From assembly GCF_009914755.1 (NCBI RefSeq), contig NC_060933.1: a stretch of DNA of 64,000 nt; one strand, 5' to 3'. The stretch comes from the human T2T-CHM13v2.0 reference genome, Homo sapiens. Position numbers and translations under genes: made by a program. The notes beneath the pieces are model-generated. The model searched no databases, was not told the origin of the DNA, and worked only from the letters and a program-made list of their open reading frames with translations. Below, piece by piece: positions 1 to 14,998 of the stretch (the stretch's first letter is position 1; each line of letters opens with the position of its first letter).

Positions 1-374
1 TGGCTTCAGACCATGGCTGCGCTCTGTATGTGCTACGAGGCTGCAGATGGACTTTTCCTGAGATTTGTTTAGGGAAACTTGGGTCTGTCAGGGCTCAGTG
101 GGCAGCTGTCCAGAAACCTTGGGGTGTCATGTGATGCCCACTGAGGTTTGGGGAGAGGGGAATGAGGGTGGTGACTTGCTTTCCTCCCTGGGACTTGCTA
201 GCCCAAGCTTGAAGGTGCCACCGTCTCAGGGCCTGGGCTTGCTTGGGGATGGGTGGTGGCTCCACAGGGTGGAAATGTTCATTCCTTTCTCCCGAGTCCA
301 GCGCCTCCTGGCCTCTGGTGCTTGCATGCGGATGCTCCCATGCTGTATCCCGCTCCCCGATACTCACAGCCTAG

Positions 375-680
<306 letters not shown>

Positions 681-1390
681 TAGCCTATTTTTATGAACTC
701 ACCACTCCCCGCCTGGCTGCCCCTTATCCCTGCTATACTAAATGGCTCTCCTAGATACACCTTGATTTTCCACCTCCCCACTTTGCTCATGCTGTCTCTC
801 CTGCTGAGGCAGTTGGTGCCATGGCCTCCCAGACCACAGAAAGAGAGTAGGGTGCAGGATGAGTCTCCATTTCTGGCCTCTAAGTAGGGGAGCCTCCTGA
901 CCAGCCAGCTTCTAATTCCAGGTCTGTGTTTGTTCACCTGGTTCCTGCTCTTCACTCTGTAATTATTGATTCCTGCCGAGTCCACTTAGCTCGAGCCAGC
1001 TGGGGTGGACCTGCAGCCCAGCATCAGCTTCCGGGGCTTAGAAGTTCCTGGAAACAGTGACTTATTATTGGCCTAATAACGAGCGTGTTCCTGCCAGCCA
1101 GGTGTGTTCAGGTGTGCGCGGCTGCTGTGAAGGACGTCTTCATGGGCATGCATTTATTTTCCTTTCGCTTGGATCTGGCTCCTCAGGGTTGTTTCCTCTT
1201 CCACCATTACATTTTTACTTCAGTAATTTGTCCAATTATCTACCAGGGACAATATCACTTTCCTAAAGTGGTTCATCTGAAAGCCCTTTTCTCCATCCTC
1301 TCTCCTGTCCTTCCTTCACACCTGTGCTCAGGGCCCGTCTTCCCGTCCCAGCTGACAAGAGGCTCAGAGCCCAGCCTAGCCCATATCTGA

Positions 1391-1771
<381 letters not shown>

Positions 1772-1779
1772 TAAACCAA

Positions 1780-2226
<447 letters not shown>

Positions 2227-2564
2227 GGTATTGTTTTTTCTTTACTAATAGGTGGGATGGATACAAATTCTCTCCTGATTTTTTTAAAAAAGCTCAACAT
2301 TATAAGATTCCTGTTTCCCAGTGTTATTGCAAGCCTTGAGGGTTTTGACTGCGGGTATTCCATGAGGTGGCTGTACCCTCGACAGCCCAACAGTGGCCTG
2401 TTTTGGGGGATGTTTTGCTATTTACAGGTTTTCCTTATTGTAAATATTGCTGAAAAGAATATCTTGTAAGTGAATTCATTTTCATGTTTTAGATTGTTTC
2501 TCAGACTTTTCAATCTAGAAGGAGTCTTGTTGATCACCCAGACCACTTCTTTAGTGTTAGCTTG

Positions 2565-2715
2565 TCCTAGAACGCGAAGGAGGGCCTGAAACACAGATTG
2601 CTGGGCCCCACCCCCAGAGATTCTGATTCAGCAGGTGTGGGCGGGGCCTGAGAGTCTTCATTTCTAATAAGCTCTCAGCTGGTGCTGATACTGCCACCGA
2701 CCACACTTTGTGTGG
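2565..2715. mobile_element. MER5A (hAT-Charlie MITE)
   Basis: cagattgctgggccccacccccagagattctgattcagcaggtgtggg…catttctaataagctc…accacactttg matches the MER5A consensus. Confidence 0.8.
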
Positions 2716-3809
2716 CAGGAGCCAGCCTCTGCTTCAAGGGAAGTTGAGGCTAAGGAGATTGGAGGAATGGTGAGGAGTGGCCATTTCCCAGCCAGACCAG
2801 TGAGTGGCTCCCATGCTGGGGCACTGATCCCACTCTTGCTGCCCCTGTCCCCTGAGAACATACAGGAGAAGGCAGCATTCATCTACACAAAGGGATCTCC
2901 TCCATTTAAATTTGATTAGGATGGGATTAGGATGGGATTTCAGCAACTCAGGCCTGGCAGATGCAGGCAGCAGACGTGTGCTTAGTGCTGGGATATGGGT
3001 GGGGCCAGGGTAAGAGCCAGTTTAGGAAAGAAACTGTCAGAGAATATGGTGAATCATTTTAAATGTGAGTGAGTGACAGTCTTTCTAGGATGCAAGGGGT
3101 TAAGCAGGCAGCAGGCACAGCCTCCCCGGAGCCAAAGGGGGAACTCAGGAGTAAGTCGGGACTGCCTAATTAATTCAATTAAACTATTTTATAAGCTCTG
3201 CTGGTGTCAGTAAATTGTTAAAGTCTATTAAAAAATCAGTGGAACGTGATGAGGGTTGGGGATGCCACATCACCTTCCTAGAGTTCCTCCCCTCGTCTTC
3301 CTCCCCTGTCGTGGGATGCACCAAAGGAGGGATGGGAAGGTGTCAGAGGCCCTGTCTGGTGCTGCCACTGACCTCTGTGGGTGCCAAGACAGATCCCACC
3401 CCCCTTGGCCTCATTTTCCCCATCTGTACAGTTAAGTGATGGACCAGCGCTTTAACATCCCTTTAGCAACAGTTACGAGGATTTTCTGATCTCTTCTGGC
3501 CTGGGCTGTTTTGTACCAGGGAACCTTGGGCCTTCAAGAAAACCCTCCAAGGTCAGAGGCGGCTGTTACTCCAGACATTCTGCTTGGTCTCTGCTCTTCC
3601 TTCACAGCAAGTTCATCTGGACAGTTTCCAGGGGCAGCTGTCAGGGCAAGTGATCTATAAGGGAGGTTCAAACTCTGGAAACGGGAGAGTGAGCAGAGTG
3701 GATTTCACCAGGAACCGCTGCCACGTGTAAGAGCTGCTTTCTCTAACGCCTGTGCTGAGTGAAGGGAAGCTGCCCCTAGAATCTCACTCAGTGCCCACCT
3801 GCCCACACG

Positions 3810-3930
3810 CAGGGAGGTGGTATTCCCCCCTTTTACAGATGAGGATACTGAGGCTCACAGGGTTGAAGCGATCTCAGTGTTAACTGGTAAGTGGTAGAGT
3901 TGAGATTTGAATTCAGGATTGCTGTCCCTC
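3810..3930 (-). mobile_element. MIR fragment
   Basis: MIR core ttttacagatgaggatactgaggctc…gatttgaattcagg. Confidence 0.8.
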
Positions 3931-4539
3931 AAAGTCTGTGCGGTTGACCGCCTTCTTCTGCAGATAGATTTAACATAAAGCTACATCCCCCTGACAAACC
4001 CTGCAATGTGCAGCATTGGAGTCACGGGAAAGAAAACACTAGCAATGTTCTTTAGCCAGTATCCAGTTGTGAGGAACCTGCAGGAGGGGGCGACAGCCCT
4101 ACCCTTGGAGGTATGAAAGCAGTTGCTGGCTGACCACTAAGGCAGGCCTCTTAGAGCCAAGATCCTGCAGCTCTGGGCCCAGCTGTTGCTTCATACTTTT
4201 CAGCAGTTTATGCCAGGCTTGGGAACTTGGCAGATATCACTCCTTGGTTCTTGAACACTGCAGTCAGTGTCTATCTTTGGTCAGATCTTGTTTGGCTAAA
4301 CCAGTAGGGCAGGCAGCAATGGTCTTGAGGGAGGGAGGGTGGGTGCTGTGGAAAGACTGTTGTCTTGGGTTTGAGGGTAGACTTAATGAGCTGTGGATCT
4401 TTGGCAAGTCCCTTTCTCTCCTAATCTTAGAAGTTGAGGCTTGTTGCCCTTACTTCTGAAATGTGGCTCAGGCTGTATGCTCCACGGGGACATGGGAGAG
4501 GAAGGTGGAGGTGAATTGAGGGCTAGATAAACCTGTGAA

Positions 4540-4705
4540 TGGAACACACTGTGTCTTAGAAATTCACAGTGGCCATTGGGTCTTTAAAGGCTCTGAAAAG
4601 TCCTGCAGCAAAGAAAATAGATGAATTTTGTTTATTCAGCCTCCCCCAACCTGGACCACCCTTTCCCCCTCTAAGCACACTTTTTATTTAACATGCTGCT
4701 GGCTA
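4540..4705. mobile_element. hAT-Charlie MITE fragment (MER103-like)
   Basis: taaaggctctgaaaagtcctgcagcaaagaaa…ttttgttta; opposite orientation to the similar element at 60655-60952. Confidence 0.55.
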
Positions 4706-6444
4706 ATATAAGGAGACATGAACACTGAGTTATTACCCCAGGAGAGAGCTGCTTTTTAAGGCGGTTGCTCCCCCGGTTCTTTCTGTGATGAGAACACCCT
4801 TTCTGTAAATGGGATAAATTGGCCCTTAGCAAGGTAGTGTCTAAGTCTTCTAAGTCGGGTTTCCTTAAACCAAAGTCCATGTTTGTTCCAGGATCCCAGA
4901 GGCCTGCCAAATTCCAAGAGCCTCTTTTGGTTCCCTCTGGCAGCCAGGCCTTCAAGACGCAGGATATAGGCACCTTGGGGCTCTCCTCACGTGCGCTTCT
5001 CTGTAGAGCCATTAATCTCAGAGCCACTAAGCACTGAAGCAGAAGAACCCATTGGGTGGGACTTTAAAGTTGCCTCAGTGTATGCAACAAAATCCCAATC
5101 ATTCGGAGTTGCCGGTTTATGATTTTGTAAACTGCAGTTGACCTTTCCAAAAGATTTGCTAGGGAAAATGCTAGTGTAAAGAAGATCTTCAGGGGAAGAG
5201 CTCTAAGGTGTGTAAGGAATCATTCTATTTTTAAGCCTTTTGAATGCTCCCATTGGAATATAAACACTATGCTAATTATAAAAACATCTTTTCTGTTCCA
5301 AACGGGTGTAACAAGATAGAGAGGGCTGGGTAGGGGAAGGGAGGAGTGTTTAAACAGAGGTTGAACCAGAGATCAAACACCATCTGGCCACAATAGTTGC
5401 TCATCTTTAAAAATTCTGATGTCCCACCTGTTTTGACAACTTGGATGTAACAGTCAGTAGGAGCGAGCTTGACTGGCCCCCTCATCTTCCCAGCACTGGC
5501 CTCCAACCTGACTGGCTCATGAAACTTACCTGCATAGCCCCTGATCCTTTGAAATTTGCACCCCTGTCTAAGAACAGTTTTCTCTAATATTTTAAGGGCA
5601 CAGTTAGCATAAAATTGCTCATTTTCTCTTCATTTAACTATAGAGGGAAAATCTTCTACCTTACTTAGCAAAACTTTCAAAGATAAACAGTTTTAGCAGC
5701 AACTGACCATTATTGAGCACCTACTATGCATCAGGCTTTGTGCAAGGCGCTGGAGTTTGGCCTCCATGTAGCTTGCTGCCTGCTATGGTCGGCATCACTG
5801 AGTGCATCTGAGGTTGCTTTCTAGCCACCAGCCAGGTGTCACTCAAAGCTTCTGCCCTGCCTGTCGTATGGTGGACCTCAGCAGAAGATTCTGAAATAGT
5901 GGAAGTGGTTCTTGCTGTTGACATCCGCTACTGTCAAAGATGAGATGAAGGACTAGATGAGCCCCTGAGAAGTCAGGCCGTTGGTTCCCTTTGAGCTTTG
6001 TGGATGCCAAGGTGAAGGGGTGGAGGAACTGGGGGGAGACTGGTGGCTTGAGGAGGGTCAGGGACACCAGCTGGAGGAGGTGTGCAGGCTTGTGGGTAGT
6101 TAATGCTGAGATTGGTAAAGGGGAAAGATAAAGCCATCCGAGACTCTAAGGAAAAGGTAGAAAGATTCTAATTAGCCAAGGCTTTGTATGCAAATGGCAT
6201 TTCAAGATGCTTAAAAATACCTTTTGAGGGAAGCTGAAAATATTAGGTGGTCTACTTGAGCAGGGAGTATTTGGGGAGTGGTGGGACATAAAAGGTGTGT
6301 GTGGGGTTTCTGGGGGAAGGAGGAAAGGAGGGAGGGATAGAGAGAGGTAGATGGATGGACAGATAGACAGACAGACAGATACTAGCTATTCTTGTGGACG
6401 ACCCTGTAAACCAGGTAGAGAATTTTGCTAACCAAGGAAATGAA

Positions 6445-6560
6445 TAATCCCCATGAGGGCACAGCCTGTGTTTGCTTTATTCATTACTATGTCCTCTGTT
6501 CCCAGCAAGGGCTAGACATAGTAGATGCTTATTAAATATTCGTTGAGTGAATGAATAATG
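6445..6560 (+). mobile_element. L2 3' end
   Basis: …acatagtagatgcttattaaatattcgttgagtgaatgaat, typical L2 terminus. Confidence 0.7.
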
Positions 6561-6657
6561 ATAATTATAGTATTTATCACATTTATCTTTATGGCAGCAG
6601 CTATATAAGGAGATAGTATTATCTCTTTGTGCTGACAAAGGTGGGCCATTCTGAGAC

Positions 6658-6713
6658 ATGCGCGTGTGTCTGTGTGTGTGTGTGTGTGTGTGTCTGTGTG
6701 ACTGTGTGTGTGT
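6658..6713. repeat. (TG)n microsatellite
   Basis: Imperfect TG run seen directly. Confidence 0.97.
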
Positions 6714-7827
6714 ATTGCAGTGTTGGAGAGAAGGGCAGGAACACCCGAAAGCTTTTTTTGCAACAGCTCTGTGAAATATTGATCAATTTGATTCCATTGT
6801 ATGACCCAGGGACAATTTTACTAGCAGAAAATATGACCGTGTTATATGGCTGCAATAAAAAATCACAGCCATGAGCTCAGGCCCAGAAAACGAAACAAGC
6901 TGATGATGTAGCCTGGACCGGTGGATTCCGCATCTTTCTGCTAGAGTTCATTTGCTGTTTGTGCCTTCGTGGTCCTGATGATAAGGTTACAGGTCTCAGC
7001 CAAAAACTTAAGAAGAGCCTAAAACTGATTTCAGTTTGACCCCTCATAAGCTTCTCTTGCAGTTAGGAAATGCCCACTGTTGTTCTGTTGTAGAGGTAAG
7101 TGTACCAGTCTAGGTTGGGAGCTGTCCCGTGGAAAGGGAAGGGCACTGAAGGTTTTGAAGCAGAGACATGATTGATCAATGAGTATCATGGCACTTAACC
7201 GTGGAGAGTTAAGAATCATGCAGGTGGCAGTTACCCTGGTGTGAGCGTGCCTAGAAGATGAGAACTGATGAGCTTTTGGTCCCTCTCAGAATGAGAACAT
7301 GTCACCCACCTAACTGTGATTCTCGTGTTGCAAGGTGTGTATCCTTCACCCAACATGGTCCCTTAACACATCTTCGTCTGGTGCTCAATCAGAAAAACAT
7401 TGCTCTGTCCCAATTCTGGAGGACAAACTGGTTATTGGGCTTCTAGAAAACTGGGAAGACAGTCTCCAGCAATGGTACCTTCTTAAGAGATTGTTCAAGT
7501 GAAATTTAAACTTTATTTACTGGCTCGAGGACTGAATCTTTCCTAAGATGCTACTCTGCCAAGCCTTTGGGCGGCTAATCTGGCATCTTGTTCAGAAGGA
7601 AGAGGGGCATGGAGAGGGTGGAATGGGGTGGCCAGCTCCCACCAAGGCAGGAATGGAGCTGAGATATTGCCACAGTTCAGTCTGACTTTGTTTTTTCTCT
7701 GTCACACCAGACATTGCAGCCTCAGGGCCTTTGCACTTGCTGTTTCCTTGCCCAGAATGCTCTTTTCTAGTTATTTTCTGGGCTCGTCCCTCTGGATATA
7801 TCCTTCTTTGCCTAGCAAGCCTTCTCT

Positions 7828-8150
7828 CTATCCTTTTTTTTTTTTTTTTTTTTTTTTTGTGAGATAGGGGTCTGGCTTTGTCACCCAGGCTGCAGTGCAG
7901 TGGCTAAGTCTCCACTCATTGTACTCACTACCTCCCGGGCTCAACTGATCCTCCTACCTCAGCCTCCCGTGTAGGGAGGGACTACAGGCGTGTGCCACCA
8001 CACTCGTCTATTTTTTTTTTTTTAAATCTTTTGTAGAGGCGGGATTTTGCCATGTTGGCCAGGCTGGTCTTGAACTCCTAGGCTCAAGCAATCCACCTGT
8101 CCCGGCCTCCTAAAGTGCTGGGGTTATAGGCGTGAGCCACCGTGTCTGGC
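7828..8150 (-). mobile_element. AluJ
   Basis: J diagnostics ttttgtagag and ggctcaagcaatcc; TSD aagccttctct. Confidence 0.93.
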
Positions 8151-8349
8151 AAGCCTTCTCTTAAGTACTGTTTAAAATTATACCATCTCCCCATTCCATC
8201 CTCCTTTTTGGCTTCATTTTTCTTCATAGTACTGGTAATCATCTAATGGTTATTTTACTGTTTAAAAAACAATTTGTATATACTTCCTCTCTATCTTCCC
8301 ACCTCTCTTTCCCAATAAGGTAAGTTTTGTGAGGGAAGGGCTTAACACA

Positions 8350-9420
8350 TTTTTTAAAAAACTTTGATTTCGAAAGATTTCAGACTCATAAAAACCTCTA
8401 GAAATACTAAGAGTTTCCATACACTTTCACCTAGCTTCCTCAAATGTTAACTTCTATGCCCATAGTATAATGCTCAGATTATACTATGAAATTAATATTT
8501 ACACAAGAAATTGGATTAATATAATACTGTTAACTAACCTGTAGACCTATTCACATTTCACCAATGGCCCCATTAATGGTCTTTTTTCTGGCCTAGGAGC
8601 CGATCCGGGATCCCACATTGCACTTAGTTGTCTTACCTCTTTAGTCTTCAGCAGTCAGGGGCAGATCCTTGGTCAGTCTTTGAATTCTGTGCCCTTGAGT
8701 CCTTTAAAGAGTCCCCACCGGTTGTTTTATAGAATGCTCCTCCTGGATTTGTGAGACATTTGTAGGATGACGGAGGGTATGCATTTCCGGCAAGAATACC
8801 CCAGAAGTGATGCTGTTTTCTTCTCACTGTATGACATCGGGGACCTAGGGTATTGATGACTTACTACTGGTGATGTTAGTGTTGAACACTTAGTTAAGGT
8901 GGTGTCTGCCAGGTTCCTTCTCTGTAAAGTTACTCTTTTATTCTTTGCATTAATAAGTGTTTTGTGTGGCGATATTTTGAGACTATGCAAATATCTCATT
9001 TTTCATCATGCTTTTCTATCCACTAATTTTAGCATCTATTGTTGCTTCTTGCCTACAACAGTGATAACTGTGGTGTTTGCCAAATAGTGATTTCCTATTT
9101 CCATCATTTCTTCTGTATTTATTAATTGGAATTGTACTGTAGAAAGATCTCTCCTTTCTCCTCCATTTATTTATTTATTTACCTGCTTATTTAGATCAAT
9201 TTAGACTGCTGGATGTCTATTTTATGGGTTATAATCAATTACCATCATTATTTTTTTTTCTGATGCTCAAATCATTCCAGATTTGGCCAGTGGCAGCCCC
9301 TTCACGCAAGCTCCTCTGTCCTTTGAACAAGTCCCTGTCATTCTTTGAGCATTTCTTACTTTCTGAGTCTTCAGGATGTACCAGGCTCATCTTGCACCCC
9401 GGCCCTGGAATCAGCCCTTA
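8350..9420 (-). mobile_element. L1MC4/5-type 3' end
   Basis: tttcagactcata…cttcctcaaatgttaac…ggatcccacattgcacttagttgtc…ggtggtgtctgccaggttcc…ccctggaatcagcc match L1MC 3' UTR. Confidence 0.75.
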
Positions 9421-11008
9421 CCCCATGGCACAGAGCAAAGGTTTTTGTCTGTATCACTCACTGTTGTATTCTTAGTGCCCATGGTGTCTGGCACGTTGTG
9501 GAGTCACAGTAAATAAATTTGGTGTGAATGAACGAATGAAAACTGGAAAGGAAGACTCAGTGGCCACCTTCCAGAGGCCATAATTCATATCCTCACTAGC
9601 CTCCCCTAGTTAGTCTGAATTAGCAGTTTAGGAGGGGAGGGGCTTTCCCTCATCTCCTCACGTTTTGTCCCTTTCAGCTTGTTTTCAGTTTTATCCAGTC
9701 TGAAAAGGATCCCAGGGCATCCCCCATCTCGTAGAGCAGAAAGAGCCAAGAGTGTGAGCAGCCAAGGGGAGCAGGCTGGCAGGAAAGTGAGACAGGGCTG
9801 GCAGAGCCTGGACCTGCTTGTGGCTAATGACTTGGTTGAACAGCAGCCGCGGCAGGGAGAGATGCTCTGGTGGCTGATGGCAGAGGTCCTGGGACCCCCA
9901 CTGGTGTGTCTGTAGCTGGGGGCTGCTGAGAGCCTCTTGCAGTCTCCCGAGATGCACAGGCCTCGCTTGAATATTTAATGAATTTTTCTTTATAAAAGAT
10001 TAAAACTCAGCCACATTGGCTTTGAGAAAGCCTGTGATAATCAGATTTTTATTTATGAGTTGAATTGTATGTGTGTGTGCATCCCTGAGGAGGAAAACTG
10101 GCTGGCGGGCTTGCCATCCGTGCTGGCAGGCTGTTATGCCAGGAGCGAACTTGGCGAGTGGTAGCCTTTTCATAGTCAGGAGAGGCCTGGCAGGCCCCTG
10201 GGCCGGCTGCTGCTGGTGTCCTCCAACGGCGGGGCCAGCCCTCTCCGTGAGGAGGTGGAACTGTCCCCATGCCACCTTGATTCCACGGTTTGGATTTGCA
10301 GAGCAGACAGACTCCTGTGTTCTTGCTGATTCTACACAGTGGTCCTGGGAAGTGGGCCAGGCAAGGAGGGTTGCCTCTAGTTTGCAGATGGAGAAACTGA
10401 GGTCCAAAAAAGGGAAGTGACTGGCTCTTCGTAGTCTAATGAGTCTGGAAGTCATGAACATTGTAAAAGTATCACAGTCAACTGCAGAGCTGATGCACAG
10501 CCTTCGCGTCACCCCAGGCTCACCTTCTTATGCCATCCTCGTGGGTGGGGATGCTGAAGGCTGCAGCCAGGGTCTGGTCCAGCCTGGGCTACACAGGGGC
10601 CTGACACCTGGTTGGACCTTTGAACCTGGGGAGCACCAGGGCCCTGGCCTGAATGTCAGGGCCTCTATAGCTCCTGGGTCCAGAGTGGGGAATCACTGTT
10701 GGAAGAGATCCCAGGTATCCCAAGTTCATTCTCCCTTGGGCCTTTGTACTCCCAAGTTCCTGACAGGCCTCATTCAGCCAGTTGCCATGGCGATGCAGAA
10801 GTCACCTGCTTGATCTCTGACACTTTTGTTTCAAGTGAGGCTATTGGCGTGGAGCCCTTTAGGGGCTAGGAGACCCCTTAATGGTGATTTATGGTGGGGA
10901 GGAGCCTGCGGGGTGCAGTCCATGTAGTGTGCTGTAGTGCTTGGGAGAAGGTACTGTAACACAGAAGTAGATCTTGATTTTTTACTTATTTTCAGAGTCA
11001 CAATTTTT

Positions 11009-11330
<322 letters not shown>

Positions 11331-11744
11331 TAAGGTGGTGGTAAGGATTAAATGAAAGAATGGATATGAAGTGGCAAGCACAGTACCTAGCACATGGGAA
11401 GAGCCACATCAATGACAGTTTGTGATAGTATCAATAGGATTTAGCATTGGAGATTTGTGCAGTTTGCCATGTGGCTAGTTGTAGTTTTGCTAAGCCATAC
11501 ATTTGTGTCCCACCTAGCTGAGGGTGACAGTGCTACCTGGGTAGCCCATTTCACAAGTGGAAGTCAGTTGTGTGGTGTGTTTCCCTTGCTAGCATGCACG
11601 CTCCATCAGGTTAGGGGCAATGGCTGACCTATTGGTGGCTCCAGCTCAGCATGTGTCTCTTAGAACCTGACACAGATCAGATGTTGAATACCTTTGCTAT
11701 TTTAAAAAGTTACTTGAGCATATGTATTCATTTATCTTGCAGCT

Positions 11745-11930
11745 TTGGCATCCATTAGACCAAGGCTGGAATCCTGGGTCCTGTGTCTCCCACCTAATAC
11801 CTGGGTGTTCCTAGGCAAATTATCTCGCCTTTCTGGTCCGTTTCCCCATCTGTAAAATCAGGCCAGTGTTATGCACCTAGATTCTGCTCTGGACTTCAGA
11901 GAGAATGAGTGCAAAGCACACAGGCAAGCC
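11745..11930 (+). mobile_element. MIR
   Basis: cctaggcaaattatctc…tttccccatctgtaaaat core. Confidence 0.65.
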
Positions 11931-14373
11931 TGTCCCAGGGTAGCATTTGTTGGGGACTGCCTGTATGATGTCTGGTTTCACTGAGTGGAAGGGTTTTCAT
12001 GAGGTCAGAGATTCAGAGTTGATTTAGCCATCCACATGTTAGGCTGAGGGTGTTCTCTCTTTAGCCAGTCCCTTGAAAGGCTTCTTCATGGTTATGGCCC
12101 AGCAGAGAATCCAGTCTGGTTTTCCAGAGTCTCGAAACACCCACATCTGAAGATGAAACCCCGGAGGCAAACAGAGTTAGGAGTCACTGAGCTTGGAACT
12201 GACCAGCTGGGAATGTGCTGTGGTCTTCCTTGAGAAGATGGGGAAACAGAACATGATCTGGAAAGAAGGAAGAAGGAACAGCTTCTGTTCTTCTCAGGGG
12301 AAATGGGACTTTCTGAACTTCATCATTCTGAAGTGTCCCACAGATCAAATCCTTTTTTTGACTACTCCTTACATAAAATATTTTTATGACAAAGCTTTCT
12401 ACAAAGCAAAAGATGCCTTCTATAAAGTGAATCATCACTTCGGATGCTTCCTTTGTATAAACCTGGCCTTTCTTATGTTGTAGGGAGGGTTTTTTTTTCC
12501 TGTTATTTGTATTATCCAAAGCAATACATGTTCGCTGTTGAACAGTTAGGAAGTTCCAATGAGCAAAAAGGAATAAAAAAATCAAAATCACCCATAACTT
12601 TCCCATGCAGAGATAATCACTTTGGATGTTGATTTTTGATGTATCGATACTTTGATGTATGTACTGAAAACACATATGACATGTACATAACTTAAAAGCT
12701 TGTTCATTCAAGAAGTATTTATTGAACTCCTACTCTGTGTGTGATCCTGGGGATAAACCAGGGAACAAAAAATAAACACAATTTCTCCAGGGGACAATTT
12801 ATGCAGATAAAAGGAAGAGAAGAAATTGGAACAGAAATGGGACTGAGGAAAGGCCTGAAACTGATAGTGAAAGTCGTCATGGGCTCTGAGAGTTTTGATC
12901 TCACTGTGGAGTGGTTAGGTATGAAATGGAGGGCTGGACGGGGCAGAGGGAAGATAAGTTGGCAGCTGCCCAGAGGGCCAATACCTTCTATCCAAAGAAA
13001 GTGGTTGTGGTTGGTGTCCTAAGTTATGTACACTGGCAGACAGGGGCAGGCCGGAGAGGGTTTTGTTTTGGTTTGTTTTTTTTTTTTTTTTTTTTGCATG
13101 CGGATGCCCAGTTCCAGCAACATTTGTTGAAAAGAGTATCCTTACTCCTTTGAATTACCTTTGTGCCTTTGTCAAATATCAGTTGACTATATTAGTTTGG
13201 GTATATTTTTGGGCTTTCTATTCTGCTTATTCTGTCTGTTCTGTTTATTGTGATCTACTTGTTTATTCTTTCACCAACACTACACTGTCTTGTTTACTGT
13301 ACCTTTATAGTAAGTCTCGAAGCTGGGTAGTGTCAATCCTCCAACTTTATTGTTGTTCTTTGGGATTGTATTGGCTATTCTGGGTCTTTTGCCTTTCAGT
13401 ATATACACTTTAGAATCAGTTTGTTGATATGCACAGAACAACTTCTGGACTTGTGATTGGGATTGTATCAAATCTTTAGATAAAGTTGGAAAGAAATGAA
13501 ATCTTAACAATACGGAGTCTTCCCTCCATGAACATGGAATATCTCTTTATTTATTTAGATCTTCTTTGATTTTTTTCATCAGAGTTTTGTAGTTTTCCGT
13601 GGATATCCTGTACATGTTTTGTTAAGTATTTATACCTACGTTTTTATTTTTTTGGCACTAATAAAAATGGCATTGTGTTTTTAATTTCAGATCCCAGTTC
13701 TTCATTGCTGGGATATGTGAAAGCAATTGACTCTAGTATCCTGCAAGCTTCCTATAATCACTTATTAGTTCCAGTTTTTAAAATGGATTATTTGGGATTT
13801 TCTATATGGACAATCATATTATCTGTGAATAAAGAAATTTTTTTTGTTTTGTTTTGTTTTTACAATCTGTATACCTTTTATTTCCTTTTCTTGTCTTACT
13901 GCATTAGCTACGACTTCCACTATGACATTGAATAGGAATTATGAGAGAGGACATCTTTGCCTTGTTCCCGATCTTAGGGGGAAGACATTTAGTTTCTCTC
14001 CGTTAAATATGATGTTAGCTGTAGGTTTTTTGTAGATGTTCTTGATCAAGTTGAGGAAGTTACCCTCTTTTCCTAGCTTGCTAAGAGTTTTTATTATGAA
14101 TGAGTGTCAAATCTTGTTAAATGCACATCTATGATATGATCCTGTGACTATTCTTTTTTAGCCTGTTGATGTGATGGGTTACACTATTGATTTTCAAGTG
14201 GTAAACCAGTCTTGAACTCTAAGAATAAATCCCATTTGGTCAGGGCATACACTTTTTAAAACATTTTTAGGTTCAATTTTGTACTATTTTGTTGATCATT
14301 TATCCACCTTTGTTCAGAAGAGACATTGGTCTGTAGTTTTCCTTTTTTGTAATGTCTTTATCTGGTTTTGGTA

Positions 14374-14611
14374 CAGATTGAGTATCCCTTATCTGAAATG
14401 CCTGGGACCTGAAGTATTTTGGATTTCAGACTTCTTTTCAGATTTTGGAATATTTGCATTATATTTACTGATTGGGCACCCTTAATCCAAAAATCCAAAA
14501 TTTGAAATGCTTCAGTGAGCATTTCCTTTGAGTATCATCTTGGCAGTCAACAAGTTTCAGATTTTGGAGCACTTTGGATTTAAGATGTTTGGATTAGGGA
14601 TGCTAAACTTG
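14374..14611. mobile_element. Tigger4a/MER46A (Tc-mariner MITE) inserted in L1 ORF2
   Basis: TIRs cagattgagtatcccttatc … gattagggatgctaaacttg; flanked by TA (14372-73) and CA (decayed TA); L1 sequence ggttttggta|ttagagtaatg resumes across it. Confidence 0.9.
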
Positions 14612-14998
14612 CATTAGAGTAATGTTAGTGTCGTAGAATGAGTTAGGAAGTTTTCTCTCTGCTTCTACTTCATGGAAGAGATTGTAGAGAATTGGTATCA
14701 TTTTGTCCTTAAGGGTTTGGTACAATTCACCACTTGGACTTAGGGCTTTCTTTTTTGAAAGTTTATTAATTATGGATTCAGTTTCCTTTATATTAATAGA
14801 TACAGGCATTTTTAGATGATATGTTTCTCCTTATCTGAGTTTTGGTAGCCTGTGTCTTTCAAGGAATTGGTCCATTTTATCTAAATTACCAAATTTGTGG
14901 GCAAGGAGTTGTATATAACATTCCTTTGATCATCCTTTTAATGTCCATGAGATCAGTAGTGATGACCCCGTTCGATTTCTGATGTTAGTAATTTGTGT

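Larger units (their letters stand above)
7670..9540 (+). mobile_element. L2 3' region, split by an AluJ and an L1MC fragment
   Basis: ctcagggcctttgcacttgctgtttccttgcccagaatgctc (~7720), aaggtaagttttgtgagggaaggg (~8320), and resumption ttttgtctg…gtctggcacg…gaatgaacgaatgaa (~9440-9540). Confidence 0.7.

Noticed and set aside
4078-4097. CTCF-like gcaggagggggcgac
   Set aside because: Too many mismatches at key positions to call without data.
10000-10813. ORFs of 170, 115 and 124 aa in a GC-rich region
   Set aside because: No recognisable domain, partial MIR overlap, non-ATG starts in some cases, and no convincing splice context.
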